Source: an uncultured Gammaproteobacteria bacterium (GTDB lineage: Bacteria; Patescibacteriota; Microgenomatia; JAMCZE01). From it: a DNA stretch of 64,000 nucleotides. Of this stretch, positions 19,274 to 29,778 are shown in pieces (positions within the stretch are counted from its first letter, which is position 1; each line of letters opens with the position of its first letter). The position numbers and the translations under genes were made by a program. The stretch covers positions 19,260 through 83,259 of the forward strand of contig CAZSSJ010000002.1 of assembly GCA_964609775.1 (NCBI GenBank). Reading direction: 5' to 3'. Below the pieces are notes generated by a model. It did not search any database and was not told the DNA's origin. It worked only from the letters and a program-made list of their open reading frames with translations.

Positions 19274-20350
19274 ATGAAAGTTGGCATCTATAGCCCCTAT
19301 TTGGACACTTTGGGTGGGGGAGAGCGCTACATTTTGACCGCTGCAGAATTTTTCCTCCACAGAAAAGATAGTGTCGACATTTTCTGGGATAAGGACAGCG
19401 ACTTGCAAGATATGGCCGCCCGTTTCGGACTTGATCTGAAAGGTGCCAAGTTTGTCTCCAATCTTTTTTCCGGAAACTTCAGTTTTTGGCAAAGACTTAG
19501 AAAAAGTTACCGATACGACTTAATTCTGGTTCTCTCGGACGGTAGCATCCCTTTGACGCTGGCAAAGAAAAACTTCATCCATCTTCAAGTCCCATTTCAA
19601 AAATCCAACCGGCCAAAAATAGTCAACCGCCTTAAGCTACTGACATATAAAGCCGTCCTCTGCAATTCATATTTCACTAAAAAGATTATCGATCAGACCT
19701 ATGGCATAACCAGTAGTGTTCTCTATCCGCCTGTTGATGTTAACCGTTTCCAGCCGGGGAAAAAAGAAAAAGTGATTCTTTCGGTGGGTCGCTTCTTTGC
19801 AGCCAGGCACCTGCACAATTTTGCCCCAAAAAAGCACCAAGAAATGATTAGCGCCTTTGAGGAGCTAATTGATTCCGGTCTTAAAGACTGGAAACTTCGC
19901 TTGCTAGGAGCCAATTCTCCCGATCAGCAAAGTTCCCTTGAGCAGTTAAAAAAAATTGCCCAAAACTACCCGATTGAAATTTCGTCCAACGTTGACTATG
20001 AAGATTTAAAGACCAGCTTCGCCCAGGCCTCTATATATTGGCACGCCGCCGGTTTTGGTGAGGATCTGGATAAACACCCAGAAAGAGCCGAGCACTTCGG
20101 CATTACCACTGTTGAAGCGATGGCCTCGGGCGCTGTCCCGGTTGTCTTTGCCGGCGGCGGCCAAAAGGAGATCATTCAGGACTCGGTCAATGGTTTGTTT
20201 TGGCAAACCCCAGGCGAGCTTCAGACCAAAACTATTCAACTCATCAAAAATCAATCTCTAACACGGAAACTAGCTGAAAAAGCCCTCATCAGGTCACGCG
20301 ATTTTAGTAAGCAAAAATTTTTCCGTTCTTTGGAAGACCTCTTGAAATGA
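19274..20350 (+). CDS. GT4 (Glycos_transf_1) glycosyltransferase
   Basis: The C-terminal domain carries the E-x7-E block: …EHFGITTVEAMASGAVPVVFAGGGQKEII…. Confidence 0.7.
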   Translation: MKVGIYSPYLDTLGGGERYILTAAEFFLHRKDSVDIFWDKDSDLQDMAARFGLDLKGAKFVSNLFSGNFSFWQRLRKSYRYDLILVLSDGSIPLTLAKKNFIHLQVPFQKSNRPKIVNRLKLLTYKAVLCNSYFTKKIIDQTYGITSSVLYPPVDVNRFQPGKKEKVILSVGRFFAARHLHNFAPKKHQEMISAFEELIDSGLKDWKLRLLGANSPDQQSSLEQLKKIAQNYPIEISSNVDYEDLKTSFAQASIYWHAAGFGEDLDKHPERAEHFGITTVEAMASGAVPVVFAGGGQKEIIQDSVNGLFWQTPGELQTKTIQLIKNQSLTRKLAEKALIRSRDFSKQKFFRSLEDLLK

Positions 20351-22557
20351 GAAAAAAAATATTTTTCCTTCCGTTGATATTTCTTATCGTTTTTGCGGCT
20401 CTTTTTTATTCTCCCCTAATTTTAGAAAAAAAACTTCCCATTCCGGCGGACACCATCGTCGGTCTGTATCACCCCTGGCGGGACTATTTTTCTAAAAATT
20501 ATCCAAACGGAATTCCCTTCAAAAACTTTCAAATCACCGACTCCGTCCGGCAACAATATCCTTGGCGAAGCCTGTCAATTGATCTGATCAAAAGGGGAGA
20601 GGTGCCAAGGTGGAACCCCTATTCGTTTTCGGGCACTCCCCTGCTGGGGAATTTTCAATCAGCTGTATTCTATCCCCTCAACATCCTCTACCTCTTGGTG
20701 AGCGATTTTGCTTCTGTTTGGGCCATCCAGGTGGTCTTGCAAACAGTTTTGGGTGGAATTTTTATGTGGGCCTATCTCCACAATCTGAAGCTAAAACCTC
20801 AAGCGCAAGTTCTGGGAACCTTGGCCTGGGTCGGCAGCGGATTTTTTATCGCCTGGCTGGAGTGGAACACGGTCGTTCATGTGGCCATCTATTTACCGCT
20901 GGTTCTACTCACTATCGATGAAATCATTCTGGAAAAACATTCCCCCCCAAAAAGCATTTTTTGGCCTTTTGTCTTTGTGGGCGCTTTAGTCAGTAGTTTC
21001 TTTGCTGGATATCTGCAGCCGTTCTTTTATGTCTTTATAACCAGCTTGGTTTATCTGTCAGCCAGAGTGTGGCAGACGAAGAAGTTTCAAAAGCTCCTGC
21101 TGTTTTCAATTCTGTACGTCCTTTTCTTTATCATTAGTCTTCCTCAACTGATCCCGACCTTAAGTTTCATAAATTTGTCCGCCCGCGACGTTGACCAGGC
21201 AAATTGGACTCGGCCCGACTGGTTCCTCCCTTGGCAAAACTTAATTCAGCTCGTTGCTCCCGATTTTTTTGGCAATCCGGCGACTCTCAATTATTTCGGC
21301 GTTTGGAACTATCAGGAGTTTGTCAGTTTCATTGGCACCGCACCACTTGTTTTCGCCCTGGCAGCCCTTTTTATGCGCCGCGATAAAAAGACGCTTTTTT
21401 GGGGAGCTCTTTTGACCTTGACCTTAGTCTTCGCCTTACCCACGCCAATTGCCAGGTTGCCGTACGTTTTAAAATTGCCCTTTCTCTCAACTGCCCAACC
21501 ATCAAGAATAATAATGCTGGTAGACTTTGCCCTGGCGATCCTGGCCGCACTTGGCCTGGATCACTATTTGCGAAAATCCCCGCGCGCTCCTTTGGGCAGT
21601 ACCTTAATTGTTGTTTCGGCCCTGGCTCTTCTACTTATCTTTACTTATAAGTCAGGCCTGCTGGTCAGTCAGAGAAATCTCATTTTACCCCTGGTAATAA
21701 CCGTCGTCGTTTTCTTCCTCCTTTCCGTCGTCCATTTGGTCAAAAAAACTAAATCCGTCATCGTCCTGGCAATTCTCATCCTTACCTTATTTGACTTGCT
21801 TCGTTTTGCGACAAAGTTTGAACCGTTTTCGCCCAGAGAATATCTTTACCCTTCAACAAAAATACTTTCTTTTCTTGAGGGCAAAGCAAAAGAAGAAGTC
21901 TTTCGAGTGGCTGCCCTGGACGATCGCATTTTGCCCTCAAATTTTAATGTTGCTTATAAAATTCAGATGGCCGCTGGCTACGATCCACTTTATTCAAAAC
22001 GCTACGGACAATTTATCGCCTCACTTGAGCGGGGAAAGCCCGACATCTCCCCGCCTTGGGGATTTAACAGAATTATTACCCCCAAACTTGTCGGCAGTCA
22101 CCTTTACGGCCTTTTAAACACCAAGTATGTCCTCTCTTTTGTTGATTTTCCTCAGTTCAAACTTCTTGCTAAAGAAGGGGACACCTATCTATTTGAATAC
22201 CCGGACGCTCTTCCCCGGGCCTTTTTTGTTTCCCGGACGATAAATGCCATCAGCGGTAATGAAGCCATAAGCAAAATATATTCTTCGGACTTTGATTCCC
22301 GAAACAGTGCCGTGGTAGAAAACTTCCGCACCGCTGCCTTTACGACCGGACAGGCAAAGATAACTTCCTATACGGAAAATACTGTCGTGCTTCAAACGCA
22401 AAATACCTCTGAGGGCTTCCTAGTGCTGCTGGACGCCTATTATCCTGATTGGCATGCCACTGTTGATAGTGTTCCTACTCAGATCTATATTACAAACTAT
22501 ATTTTCAGGGGCATAAAAGTGCCACGCGGGAATCATCTCGTGAAATTTCAAATATGA
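20347..22557 (+). CDS. YfhO-family membrane glycosyltransferase, paralogue 4
   Basis: VPRWNPYSFSGTPLLGNFQSAVFYPLNILY…; C-terminus LVLLDAYYPDWHATVDSVPTQIYITNYIFRGIKVPRGNHLVKF. Confidence 0.7.
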   Translation: MRKKIFFLPLIFLIVFAALFYSPLILEKKLPIPADTIVGLYHPWRDYFSKNYPNGIPFKNFQITDSVRQQYPWRSLSIDLIKRGEVPRWNPYSFSGTPLLGNFQSAVFYPLNILYLLVSDFASVWAIQVVLQTVLGGIFMWAYLHNLKLKPQAQVLGTLAWVGSGFFIAWLEWNTVVHVAIYLPLVLLTIDEIILEKHSPPKSIFWPFVFVGALVSSFFAGYLQPFFYVFITSLVYLSARVWQTKKFQKLLLFSILYVLFFIISLPQLIPTLSFINLSARDVDQANWTRPDWFLPWQNLIQLVAPDFFGNPATLNYFGVWNYQEFVSFIGTAPLVFALAALFMRRDKKTLFWGALLTLTLVFALPTPIARLPYVLKLPFLSTAQPSRIIMLVDFALAILAALGLDHYLRKSPRAPLGSTLIVVSALALLLIFTYKSGLLVSQRNLILPLVITVVVFFLLSVVHLVKKTKSVIVLAILILTLFDLLRFATKFEPFSPREYLYPSTKILSFLEGKAKEEVFRVAALDDRILPSNFNVAYKIQMAAGYDPLYSKRYGQFIASLERGKPDISPPWGFNRIITPKLVGSHLYGLLNTKYVLSFVDFPQFKLLAKEGDTYLFEYPDALPRAFFVSRTINAISGNEAISKIYSSDFDSRNSAVVENFRTAAFTTGQAKITSYTENTVVLQTQNTSEGFLVLLDAYYPDWHATVDSVPTQIYITNYIFRGIKVPRGNHLVKFQI

Positions 22558-23237
22558 AACTTTCCATCATCGTCCCAGCATATAACGAAGAAAAAACCAT
22601 TACTAAAGTCATCGATAAGTTATTGCGACTAAAAATCCGTGGTTGGCACAAAGACGTAATTGTCGTTGACGATGCTTCAACCGATCAAACACTCCAGCTT
22701 TTAAAAAACTACCGGGGAAAAATTACCCTCATCCATCACTTAGCCAACCGCGGAAAAACGGCGGCCATAAGGACTGCTGTTCGTCAGACAAGCGGTGATT
22801 ACATCATCATTCAGGATGCCGATCTCGAGTATGATCCCAAGGATATTCCCCTTCTGATTCGCGCTCTCGGTGATAGTAAAGACGCAGTTGTCTTTGGCTC
22901 CCGATTTGCAACGTCAAAGTATGTCGACACTGTCTTTGGTCACAAATTCGGCAACAAGTTGCTGACTCTTCTGGCAAATTTGCTCTACAGGTCAGACATT
23001 TCAGACATGGAAACTTGTTACAAACTCATTCCGGGTCCATTTCTTCGAAGCATCACCCTACAATCTGACCGTTTTGGTTTTGAACCGGAAATTACGGCCA
23101 AGGTGCTTCGAAGTGGGAGAAAAATCAAGGAAGTGCCTATTTCCTATGTCAAAAGATCAGTCACCGAAGGAAAGAGTATCCGTTGGTGGCGCGACGGCTG
23201 GGCCACGGTAGCCATACTGATTCGCTATCGTTTATGA
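22554..23237 (+). CDS. GT2, dolichyl/polyprenyl-phosphate sugar synthase-like (soluble DPM1-type)
   Basis: MKLSIIVPAYNEEKTITKVIDKL…VIVVDDASTDQT…IIIQDADLEYDPKDIPLL. Confidence 0.7.
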   Translation: MKLSIIVPAYNEEKTITKVIDKLLRLKIRGWHKDVIVVDDASTDQTLQLLKNYRGKITLIHHLANRGKTAAIRTAVRQTSGDYIIIQDADLEYDPKDIPLLIRALGDSKDAVVFGSRFATSKYVDTVFGHKFGNKLLTLLANLLYRSDISDMETCYKLIPGPFLRSITLQSDRFGFEPEITAKVLRSGRKIKEVPISYVKRSVTEGKSIRWWRDGWATVAILIRYRL

Positions 23238-24859
23238 AATTTCTAATCCTCTTTCTTATTGTAATCCTGGCCTTTTTACTTCGCTTCTATCAGCTCTCAA
23301 CAAATCCCCCGGGCCTCAATCTCGACGAAGTGGCCATCGGTTACAATGCCTACTCTATTCTCCGTACTGGCAGAGACGAGTATGGCAAATTTCTCCCGAT
23401 TGTTTTTCGCTCCCACGACGACTACAAACCACCCCTATACATTTATTTAACCGCGCCTTCAATCGCCGTCTTTGGGGTCAATGAGTTCGCCGTTCGGTTT
23501 CCCGCCGCGCTTTTTGGGACCCTGTCAGTGCTGGCAGTATTTTTTCTCAGCCGGCAACTTTTTTCTTCCTCTAAATTAGCCTTGCTGTCTTCTTATTTTT
23601 TGGCGATTTCCCCCTGGCACTTGCAATTCACCCGAGCGGCATTTGAAACTGGCGTGACGGTTTTTGCCACCGCCGTTGGGGTTTTCTTGTTCCTTCGCGG
23701 GCTAACGAAAAAGAGTTCCGCCTCCCTCATCCTCGCCAGCCTCGCCTTTGGATTGGAACTCTATCTCTACCAGGCTGCCAAGGTTTTTATTCCTCTTCTT
23801 GTCATCGCTCTTCTGGCTCTCAACCTTCAGAAAATTATCAACCAGAAGAAAAGAGTCCTTGTTTTCGTCTTCATTTTTGCAACTTTCTTCCTTCCCGTTG
23901 CCTTCCTTTCCACAACCCGCGCGGGCCAACTTCGCTTCCAAGGAACGAGTATTTTCAAAGAGTATCTCCCATATGCCCATGCTCAGTCCTGGAGAGAAGC
24001 CGATCAACTCTCCGGGAGTACTTTTGCCGCCTCTCTTTTCCATCCACGCTTTTTAACTTACCTTCCCTCAGTCATTTCCGGATACCTGTCCCACTATGAC
24101 CTCACCTTTCTCTTTGTCGGTGATCACGGCCCGCCGAATAATTATGTCCCTGGAGCGGTTGGTCTTCTGTATCCCTGGGAGATCCTCGCGGTCATTCCTG
24201 GCTTGTATTTTCTTGCCCGACGTTTTCGCCCCGCCTCGCTAGTCGTCTTTGCTTGGTTTCTTCTGGCTCCCTTGCCGGCTTCCGTGACCTCCGGCGTCCC
24301 TAGTGCCACCCGCACCGCACTCAGTCTTCCTATCTATCAGATCATCACCGCGCTTGCCATTGTTGTGTTGTTAAATATCATCAGGAACCATTCACGCTTC
24401 TGGGCAAACGCTTCTTCCTTGGCCTTTTTGCTTCTGACTGTCCCCATCGTCACCTATTACCTGCATATGATGTTTTTCCATGCCCCTCGGGACTATTCAG
24501 ACATTTGGTTTTATGGCTATAAAAACGTCGTTGCCGAGACGGCTCGCCTTGCTCCAAACTATCGTCGGGTGGTTGTTTCCACGGCGCTAAAACAACCCCA
24601 GAATTTTTTCGCTTTCTTTTTACGCTATGATCCCTTGACCTACCTGCGTGTTGACGGGGGAACCGTTTCTGGCGGTTTTAAGGAAAACCGAAATCACTTC
24701 GCTAAGTTCAACTTCACTTCCTCTGATTGGGAGACGCTTCTCAAAGAGAAGTCACTCTTATTTGTGGGTTTGGTAGATGACTTTCCTGATAGCATTACCC
24801 CCATTAAGACGTTTCACTATCTTAATGGCAAGCCGTCAGTTATGATAGTGGGAACGTAA
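23234..24859 (+). CDS. GT39/PMT_2-family glycosyltransferase, paralogue
   Basis: LRFYQLSTNPPGLNLDEVAIGYNAYSILRTGRDEYGKFLPIVFRSHDDYKPPLYIYL…FGVNEFAVRFPAALFG. Confidence 0.65.
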   Translation: MKFLILFLIVILAFLLRFYQLSTNPPGLNLDEVAIGYNAYSILRTGRDEYGKFLPIVFRSHDDYKPPLYIYLTAPSIAVFGVNEFAVRFPAALFGTLSVLAVFFLSRQLFSSSKLALLSSYFLAISPWHLQFTRAAFETGVTVFATAVGVFLFLRGLTKKSSASLILASLAFGLELYLYQAAKVFIPLLVIALLALNLQKIINQKKRVLVFVFIFATFFLPVAFLSTTRAGQLRFQGTSIFKEYLPYAHAQSWREADQLSGSTFAASLFHPRFLTYLPSVISGYLSHYDLTFLFVGDHGPPNNYVPGAVGLLYPWEILAVIPGLYFLARRFRPASLVVFAWFLLAPLPASVTSGVPSATRTALSLPIYQIITALAIVVLLNIIRNHSRFWANASSLAFLLLTVPIVTYYLHMMFFHAPRDYSDIWFYGYKNVVAETARLAPNYRRVVVSTALKQPQNFFAFFLRYDPLTYLRVDGGTVSGGFKENRNHFAKFNFTSSDWETLLKEKSLLFVGLVDDFPDSITPIKTFHYLNGKPSVMIVGT

Positions 24860-24866
24860 GACACCC

Positions 24867-26402
24867 ATGGCCCGAGCAAGCTCCATCGTTTTACTGTTAG
24901 TAGTTATTCTGGCGAGCCTCTTGCGGTTGTATCGGATACAGACCAACCCGCCCTCACTCTATCGGGACGAAGTTTCGATCGGCTACAATGCCTATTCGAT
25001 CATCAGCACCGGCAAAGACGAGTGGGCAGCGGCCTTCCCGCAAACCTTTAAATCGTTCGGTGATTATAAATTGCCTTTGTATATCTATCTCGTGGCCGGA
25101 CTGGAAAAATTTCTTGGGCCGACTGAACTGGCCGTCCGCCTGCCCTCAGCACTTGCCGGCATTCTTTCTGTGGTAGTGATGTTCTTTTTAATGACTGAGA
25201 TAAAACTGTTGGTGTTAAAGCACTACCCCGACTTTAAATTTCTCCGCGGCTACACTCTAGCGCTTCTTTCGGCCTTGCTGTTGTCAATTTCCCCCTGGCA
25301 CCTCCAGTTCTCCAGGGCCGGCTTCGAAGCCGGTCTTGGTCTTCTGTTTTTGACGGCTTCGCTGGTCTTTTTTTTACTCTCGCTGCGAAAAAGCAGTCAC
25401 TTTTTCCTTCCCGCCGTCATTTCTGCTGTCGGGTGCTTTTACAGCTATCACAGCGCCGCTTTTGTCCTTCCCTTTCTCGCTCTCGCCGCCATAGCGATCT
25501 TTTTTCGCCCAGTCTTTTCCCGGGGGAAAATTGTTCTTGTTGGGCTCATCCTCGGAGCCGTCCTTTTAATGCCTTACCTTCCCCAATATTTCTCTGCCGG
25601 AACAAATCGAGTCGCTTTCACCGGTATTTCCGTTGTTAACCAGAAAGGGGACGTGCTTTCTAACTTTGTCCAAAATTACGTGGCCAACTTTTCCTTTGAC
25701 TATCTCTTTTTCAAGGGCGACCAGGAAGGCCGGCACTCCGTCAAGAAGCTCGGGGAACTCTATCTTTGGCAATTCCCGGCCGTTTTGGCCGGAATTTATT
25801 TTCTCCTTCGCTTCCGTTCAAAGGCCAGTGTTCTTCTCTTTGTCTGGCTGCTTGTCAGCGCCCTCCCCGTCGCCCTCACCCGCGTCTCCCCCCACGCCCT
25901 AAGAAACCTCATGGCCGTTTTTCCCTGGCAAGCCGTCTCGGCCTTCGGCCTCCTCTATGTTTTGCGCAAAACAAGAGCCGCCGGGGGCTTTATCTTTGCC
26001 ATAATCTTTGTTTATGCCCTGGTAACCTATCTTCACCAATACTACGTCCACTATCCCGTCTCCTATGCCGCCGATTGGCAAGATGGTCAAAAACAAGCAG
26101 TCACCTTCCTAAAACAGGTGGAAAAGAACTACTCCGAAATCTTTCTGACCAAAGATCTCTACCCTATATATTTAAAGTTCTTTTTGCCCTACCCTCCGCA
26201 GAAACTTCAAGAAAGCAGCCACAACGAAAGCCAATTGGGCAAATATAAATACCTAACTCCCGCCCAAGCCCCAAAGAAAGAATTTCCCGACCGGACTTCT
26301 CTGATGATTGCTCCTTCCTGGATGGGCTCCGATGTCATGCGAGCTCTCCCGTCGATTAAAATGACTAACGGTGATGTTGCCTTTCGCGTCTATGAATTTT
26401 AA
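24867..26402 (+). CDS. GT39/PMT_2-family glycosyltransferase, paralogue
   Basis: LRLYRIQTNPPSLYRDEVSIGYNAYSIISTGKDEWAAAFPQTFKSFGDYKLPLYIYL…ELAVRLPSALAG. Confidence 0.65.
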   Translation: MARASSIVLLLVVILASLLRLYRIQTNPPSLYRDEVSIGYNAYSIISTGKDEWAAAFPQTFKSFGDYKLPLYIYLVAGLEKFLGPTELAVRLPSALAGILSVVVMFFLMTEIKLLVLKHYPDFKFLRGYTLALLSALLLSISPWHLQFSRAGFEAGLGLLFLTASLVFFLLSLRKSSHFFLPAVISAVGCFYSYHSAAFVLPFLALAAIAIFFRPVFSRGKIVLVGLILGAVLLMPYLPQYFSAGTNRVAFTGISVVNQKGDVLSNFVQNYVANFSFDYLFFKGDQEGRHSVKKLGELYLWQFPAVLAGIYFLLRFRSKASVLLFVWLLVSALPVALTRVSPHALRNLMAVFPWQAVSAFGLLYVLRKTRAAGGFIFAIIFVYALVTYLHQYYVHYPVSYAADWQDGQKQAVTFLKQVEKNYSEIFLTKDLYPIYLKFFLPYPPQKLQESSHNESQLGKYKYLTPAQAPKKEFPDRTSLMIAPSWMGSDVMRALPSIKMTNGDVAFRVYEF

Positions 26403-26820
26403 CTTTCTCTGCACTAAGGACTGGATCCTCGGCGATGTTCCCCTTCAGCTCTGGGAAGCAACCACCGCCGATGGTCCCACCGCGAACGCTTTGCTGACTC
26501 GGTTTCTCCATAATAAGCCGATGTTTTATTTGGACAATTTTCTCCGCTGCTATCTGTCCTATCTTTCGGCAGACTTTTTGGTCAAAGCCTTCTCTCTCTT
26601 AGGATTAGGACTTTTCATTTTCGGAGTCTACCAAGCCATCCGACAGCGAAGAAAATGGCTGTTAAGCATTGTTCTAATGACCCCGTTGTTCCCCCTTTTT
26701 CAATTTCCCGCGGCTAACTTAGCCCAGGGAGTTCTTCTTTATGGTTCACAATTAGCCCTGATCTTGTTTGGTCTCCAACAACTCATTAAAATTCTAATAC
26801 AAAAATTCCGTGCGCCTTAA
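26371..26820 (+). CDS. hypothetical small membrane protein (two predicted TM helices); this ORF is the only one filling an otherwise empty 408-bp gap
   Basis: The ORF spans the gap exactly; hydrophobic stretches AFSLLGLGLFIFGVYQAI and LLSIVLMTPLFPLFQF…LALILFGL; I recognise no family. Confidence 0.3.
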   Translation: MMLPFASMNFNFLCTKDWILGDVPLQLWEATTADGPTANALLTRFLHNKPMFYLDNFLRCYLSYLSADFLVKAFSLLGLGLFIFGVYQAIRQRRKWLLSIVLMTPLFPLFQFPAANLAQGVLLYGSQLALILFGLQQLIKILIQKFRAP

Positions 26821-28399
26821 GCTACTTTTAATCAGCATAGTTCTCTTAGCCGCCATTCTCCGGCTCTATCGTTTGGCCAATGCCCCCCCCAGTCTCTACT
26901 GGGACGAAGCCTCAATTGGCTATAACGCCTACAGTATTGCCCAAACACTTCGCGACGAGCACGGCGAATTTTTGCCTCTGACGCGTTTCATCGCTTTTGG
27001 TGACTATAAACCACCGGGCTACATCTACGCTGCTGCTCTCTCCGTTAAGCTTTTTGGGCCAACGGAGTTTGTAGTCCGTCTACCCTCCGCTGCAGCAGGA
27101 ACTCTTTTGGTTCTCGTCAGTTTTTATCTCGCCCGAATGCTTACAGGAAACGCCAAACTAGGCCTGGTGACGGCCGCGCTTTTGGCTGTTTCTCCCTGGG
27201 CCCTCCAATTTTCCCGGGGCGCTTTCGAAGCCAATTTAGCCACTTTGTTTTCCTCTGCCGGACTCTACTTTTTTGTCCGAACCATTCGCACAAAAACACT
27301 TGCTTCGGGCATCTCTAGTGCCGTTTTTTTCGCGCTTTCCCTGTACACTTTTAATTCCCACCGCGTCTTTGTCCCAGCAGTCATTGGTGCTCTGGGTCTA
27401 ATTTACTTTCGGGAGATTTGGCGCAGCAGGGGACAATGGTTAGTTTTTTTGTTAGCTCTACTTCTTCTGCTTGCTCCCCTAATCCCTCATCTGCTTTCCC
27501 GCGAGGGACAGCTTCGCTTCTATGAAGTTACTTGGCTAAACGATCTCGCCCCCATTGAACTTTCTAATTCGCGGACGGCTGTCGACGGTAACACCTGGTG
27601 GTCAGGATTAATCCACAACCGGCGGATCATTTTTTCCCAAGAGTTTCTGAAGCACTACACCGACCATTTCCGGGCTGAATTTTTGTTCTTCTCCGGGGAC
27701 GTCAATCCCCGGCTGTCGATCCAAACTGTCGGCGAAATGTACTGGCTGGATCTACCACTCCTCTTGATTGGAGTCTTCATCTTGGTCAAAAAGCGCCGCC
27801 GGGCCGCTCTTGTTCTCCTCGCCTGGGTTGTCCTTTCTCCTGTCCCCGCCGCCACCGCCCGCGAAACCCCCCACGCCCTACGCATCCTCCACATCCTGCC
27901 CTCATTGCAAATCGTCGCTGCCTTTGGCCTTTTGACCTTTTGGAAACTAGATTCCTTTAAAAAAATCCGTCTGCTTCTCGTCCCCATTTATGGTCTTTTT
28001 ATCATCATGTATCTTCATGACTATTACGTTCACTACCCGAAATTCTATTCCTCCGACTGGCAGTACGGCTATAAAGAAATGGTAGGTTTTGTTTCTTCAC
28101 TCCAGGACAAGTACGACCACATCAGTGTTACTGACACTTTGGGCAGACCCTACATCTATCTACTGTTCTATCAAAAATACCCCCCCGAAAAATACTGGGC
28201 AAACCGTCAGGTACGCCGCGATTGGTATGGCTTTTGGTACGTCGACGGCTTTGACAAATATACATTTGGAGGTCCGTTGCCTCCTGGCCGTTCGCTCATC
28301 GTTTCCGGTCCGCAGCCAATTCCCGGCAATTGGCAGCTCCTGAAGTCCGTCACTGACCCGCAAGGAAACACCGTCTTTCAAATAAGCGAAAAGGACTAA
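26810..28399 (+). CDS. GT39/PMT_2-family glycosyltransferase, paralogue
   Basis: LRLYRLANAPPSLYWDEASIGYNAYSIAQTLRDEHGEFLPLTRFIAFGDYKPPGYIYA…FVVRLPSAAAG; C-terminus WQYGYKEMVGFV…GRPYIYLLFYQKYPP. Confidence 0.65.
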   Translation: MRLKLLLISIVLLAAILRLYRLANAPPSLYWDEASIGYNAYSIAQTLRDEHGEFLPLTRFIAFGDYKPPGYIYAAALSVKLFGPTEFVVRLPSAAAGTLLVLVSFYLARMLTGNAKLGLVTAALLAVSPWALQFSRGAFEANLATLFSSAGLYFFVRTIRTKTLASGISSAVFFALSLYTFNSHRVFVPAVIGALGLIYFREIWRSRGQWLVFLLALLLLLAPLIPHLLSREGQLRFYEVTWLNDLAPIELSNSRTAVDGNTWWSGLIHNRRIIFSQEFLKHYTDHFRAEFLFFSGDVNPRLSIQTVGEMYWLDLPLLLIGVFILVKKRRRAALVLLAWVVLSPVPAATARETPHALRILHILPSLQIVAAFGLLTFWKLDSFKKIRLLLVPIYGLFIIMYLHDYYVHYPKFYSSDWQYGYKEMVGFVSSLQDKYDHISVTDTLGRPYIYLLFYQKYPPEKYWANRQVRRDWYGFWYVDGFDKYTFGGPLPPGRSLIVSGPQPIPGNWQLLKSVTDPQGNTVFQISEKD

Positions 28400-29778
28400 T
28401 GACCAGATTTCTTTTGACTGTCAGTTTTGTCATTTTGACTCTCCTCTCTTGGGTCCTTCTGTTGCGTGACGAGCAAGCAATCACCGCCTTGGGTGACTTC
28501 TCTTTGCATTTGGGAACAACCCTAACCTCCTTTCGTCAAACCCTGCTTCATTATGGCCTCAACAGCCTCGTCAGCCTCCTTTTTGCCATGTGTGTCATCA
28601 TTGCTTTTGGGGCATACTTTCAAGCCTTGCGTCAAAAAATTTCTTTAAACCAAGCGTTGCTTTTCTCCGCCATCTTTCCGGCCATTGTCTTTTTCTCCTA
28701 CCCCGCTTTGTCTACGGACATCTTTGACTATATCCTTTCTGACCGTCTCGCCGTAATTTTTGGCGCCAATGTCTGGACAACGCCCCCCTCGGCTTTGATT
28801 CCTCCCGCCGATCCCTACTTTCAACTCACCAGTTGGGGATCCCAAGTAAATCCCTATGGTCCACTCAATCAGTTTTTCTATTTGCTTGCCGGGCTGGCCT
28901 CGATGAATAATTTCTGGCTAAGCTTAGCTGCCCATAAACTCTTGCCTTTAACTTTTCTTTTGGCTTCTTTAGTTGTCGTCTCTAAAACGTTACAAAAATA
29001 TTATCCTCAGTCACAAAGTCAAGGCATCATCCTTCTCTTTTGGAATCCTCTGTTCATTCTAGAAACAGCCGGTTCCGGCCATAATGATATCTTGTGGATC
29101 TTTTTTGCCCTAGCCGCTATCTATTTTTGGCTGGGAAAAAAATTTTTTATTTCCGGCTTGCTTTTAGCTCTAGCCGTCCAGGTCAAATTCATTCCCGTCA
29201 TCCTCTTTATATTCTTGCTGGCCTCGTTAACAAGCAAGGAACGGCAAGGTGCTTTGCAATTTGCCGGTGCCTTTATAACAGTAAACATCCTGGCCTTTTT
29301 ATACTTAGGCTCAGCGGTGTTTCCCTTTCTAACTAGGCTGGTTCTGGGAGCAAGCATCTATTGGCAATCGCTGCCACAACTTGTCCATCCTCTCTACGGC
29401 CAGGAGAAAATCTTCTTCACCACCTCCTTCTTACTATTATTAACGTCCGCTCTTATCCTTGTTCTCAAACAACGAATTACTCCGCTGCTGGGATACGTAG
29501 TGGTCATGTTCTTCTACCTACTCCTCCTGACCTCCGTCTATTGGAACTGGTACATCCTCTGGATCCTCTTCCTAATCCCTTTTCTGGGCAAAACCCGTTT
29601 GACTCGTCCGATCCTCATCTTTTCTGCCACCTCCCTTCTTGCCTACCCGCTCTATTGGCTGTCGCTCCGCTTTGGTTTCGGCAGTCTCTCCTGGCAGGTT
29701 ATAATATATCTGTTTATTGCTTTGCCCCCACTGGCAAGCTTTTTCCATGAGAAAATTATTCGACGACCACAAGACTGA
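28399..29778 (+). CDS. polytopic membrane protein, DUF2029/GT87-like putative glycosyltransferase
   Basis: YPALSTDIFDYILSDRLAVIFGANVWTTPP in the first extracytoplasmic loop; about 11 TM helices. Confidence 0.35.
   Translation: MTRFLLTVSFVILTLLSWVLLLRDEQAITALGDFSLHLGTTLTSFRQTLLHYGLNSLVSLLFAMCVIIAFGAYFQALRQKISLNQALLFSAIFPAIVFFSYPALSTDIFDYILSDRLAVIFGANVWTTPPSALIPPADPYFQLTSWGSQVNPYGPLNQFFYLLAGLASMNNFWLSLAAHKLLPLTFLLASLVVVSKTLQKYYPQSQSQGIILLFWNPLFILETAGSGHNDILWIFFALAAIYFWLGKKFFISGLLLALAVQVKFIPVILFIFLLASLTSKERQGALQFAGAFITVNILAFLYLGSAVFPFLTRLVLGASIYWQSLPQLVHPLYGQEKIFFTTSFLLLLTSALILVLKQRITPLLGYVVVMFFYLLLLTSVYWNWYILWILFLIPFLGKTRLTRPILIFSATSLLAYPLYWLSLRFGFGSLSWQVIIYLFIALPPLASFFHEKIIRRPQD

Noticed and set aside
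25766-26248. A 160-aa Pro/Arg-rich ORF and other overlapping + strand ORFs in alternative frames inside GT39 genes
   Set aside because: They are GC-rich codon-position artefacts of the real frame and recall no protein family.
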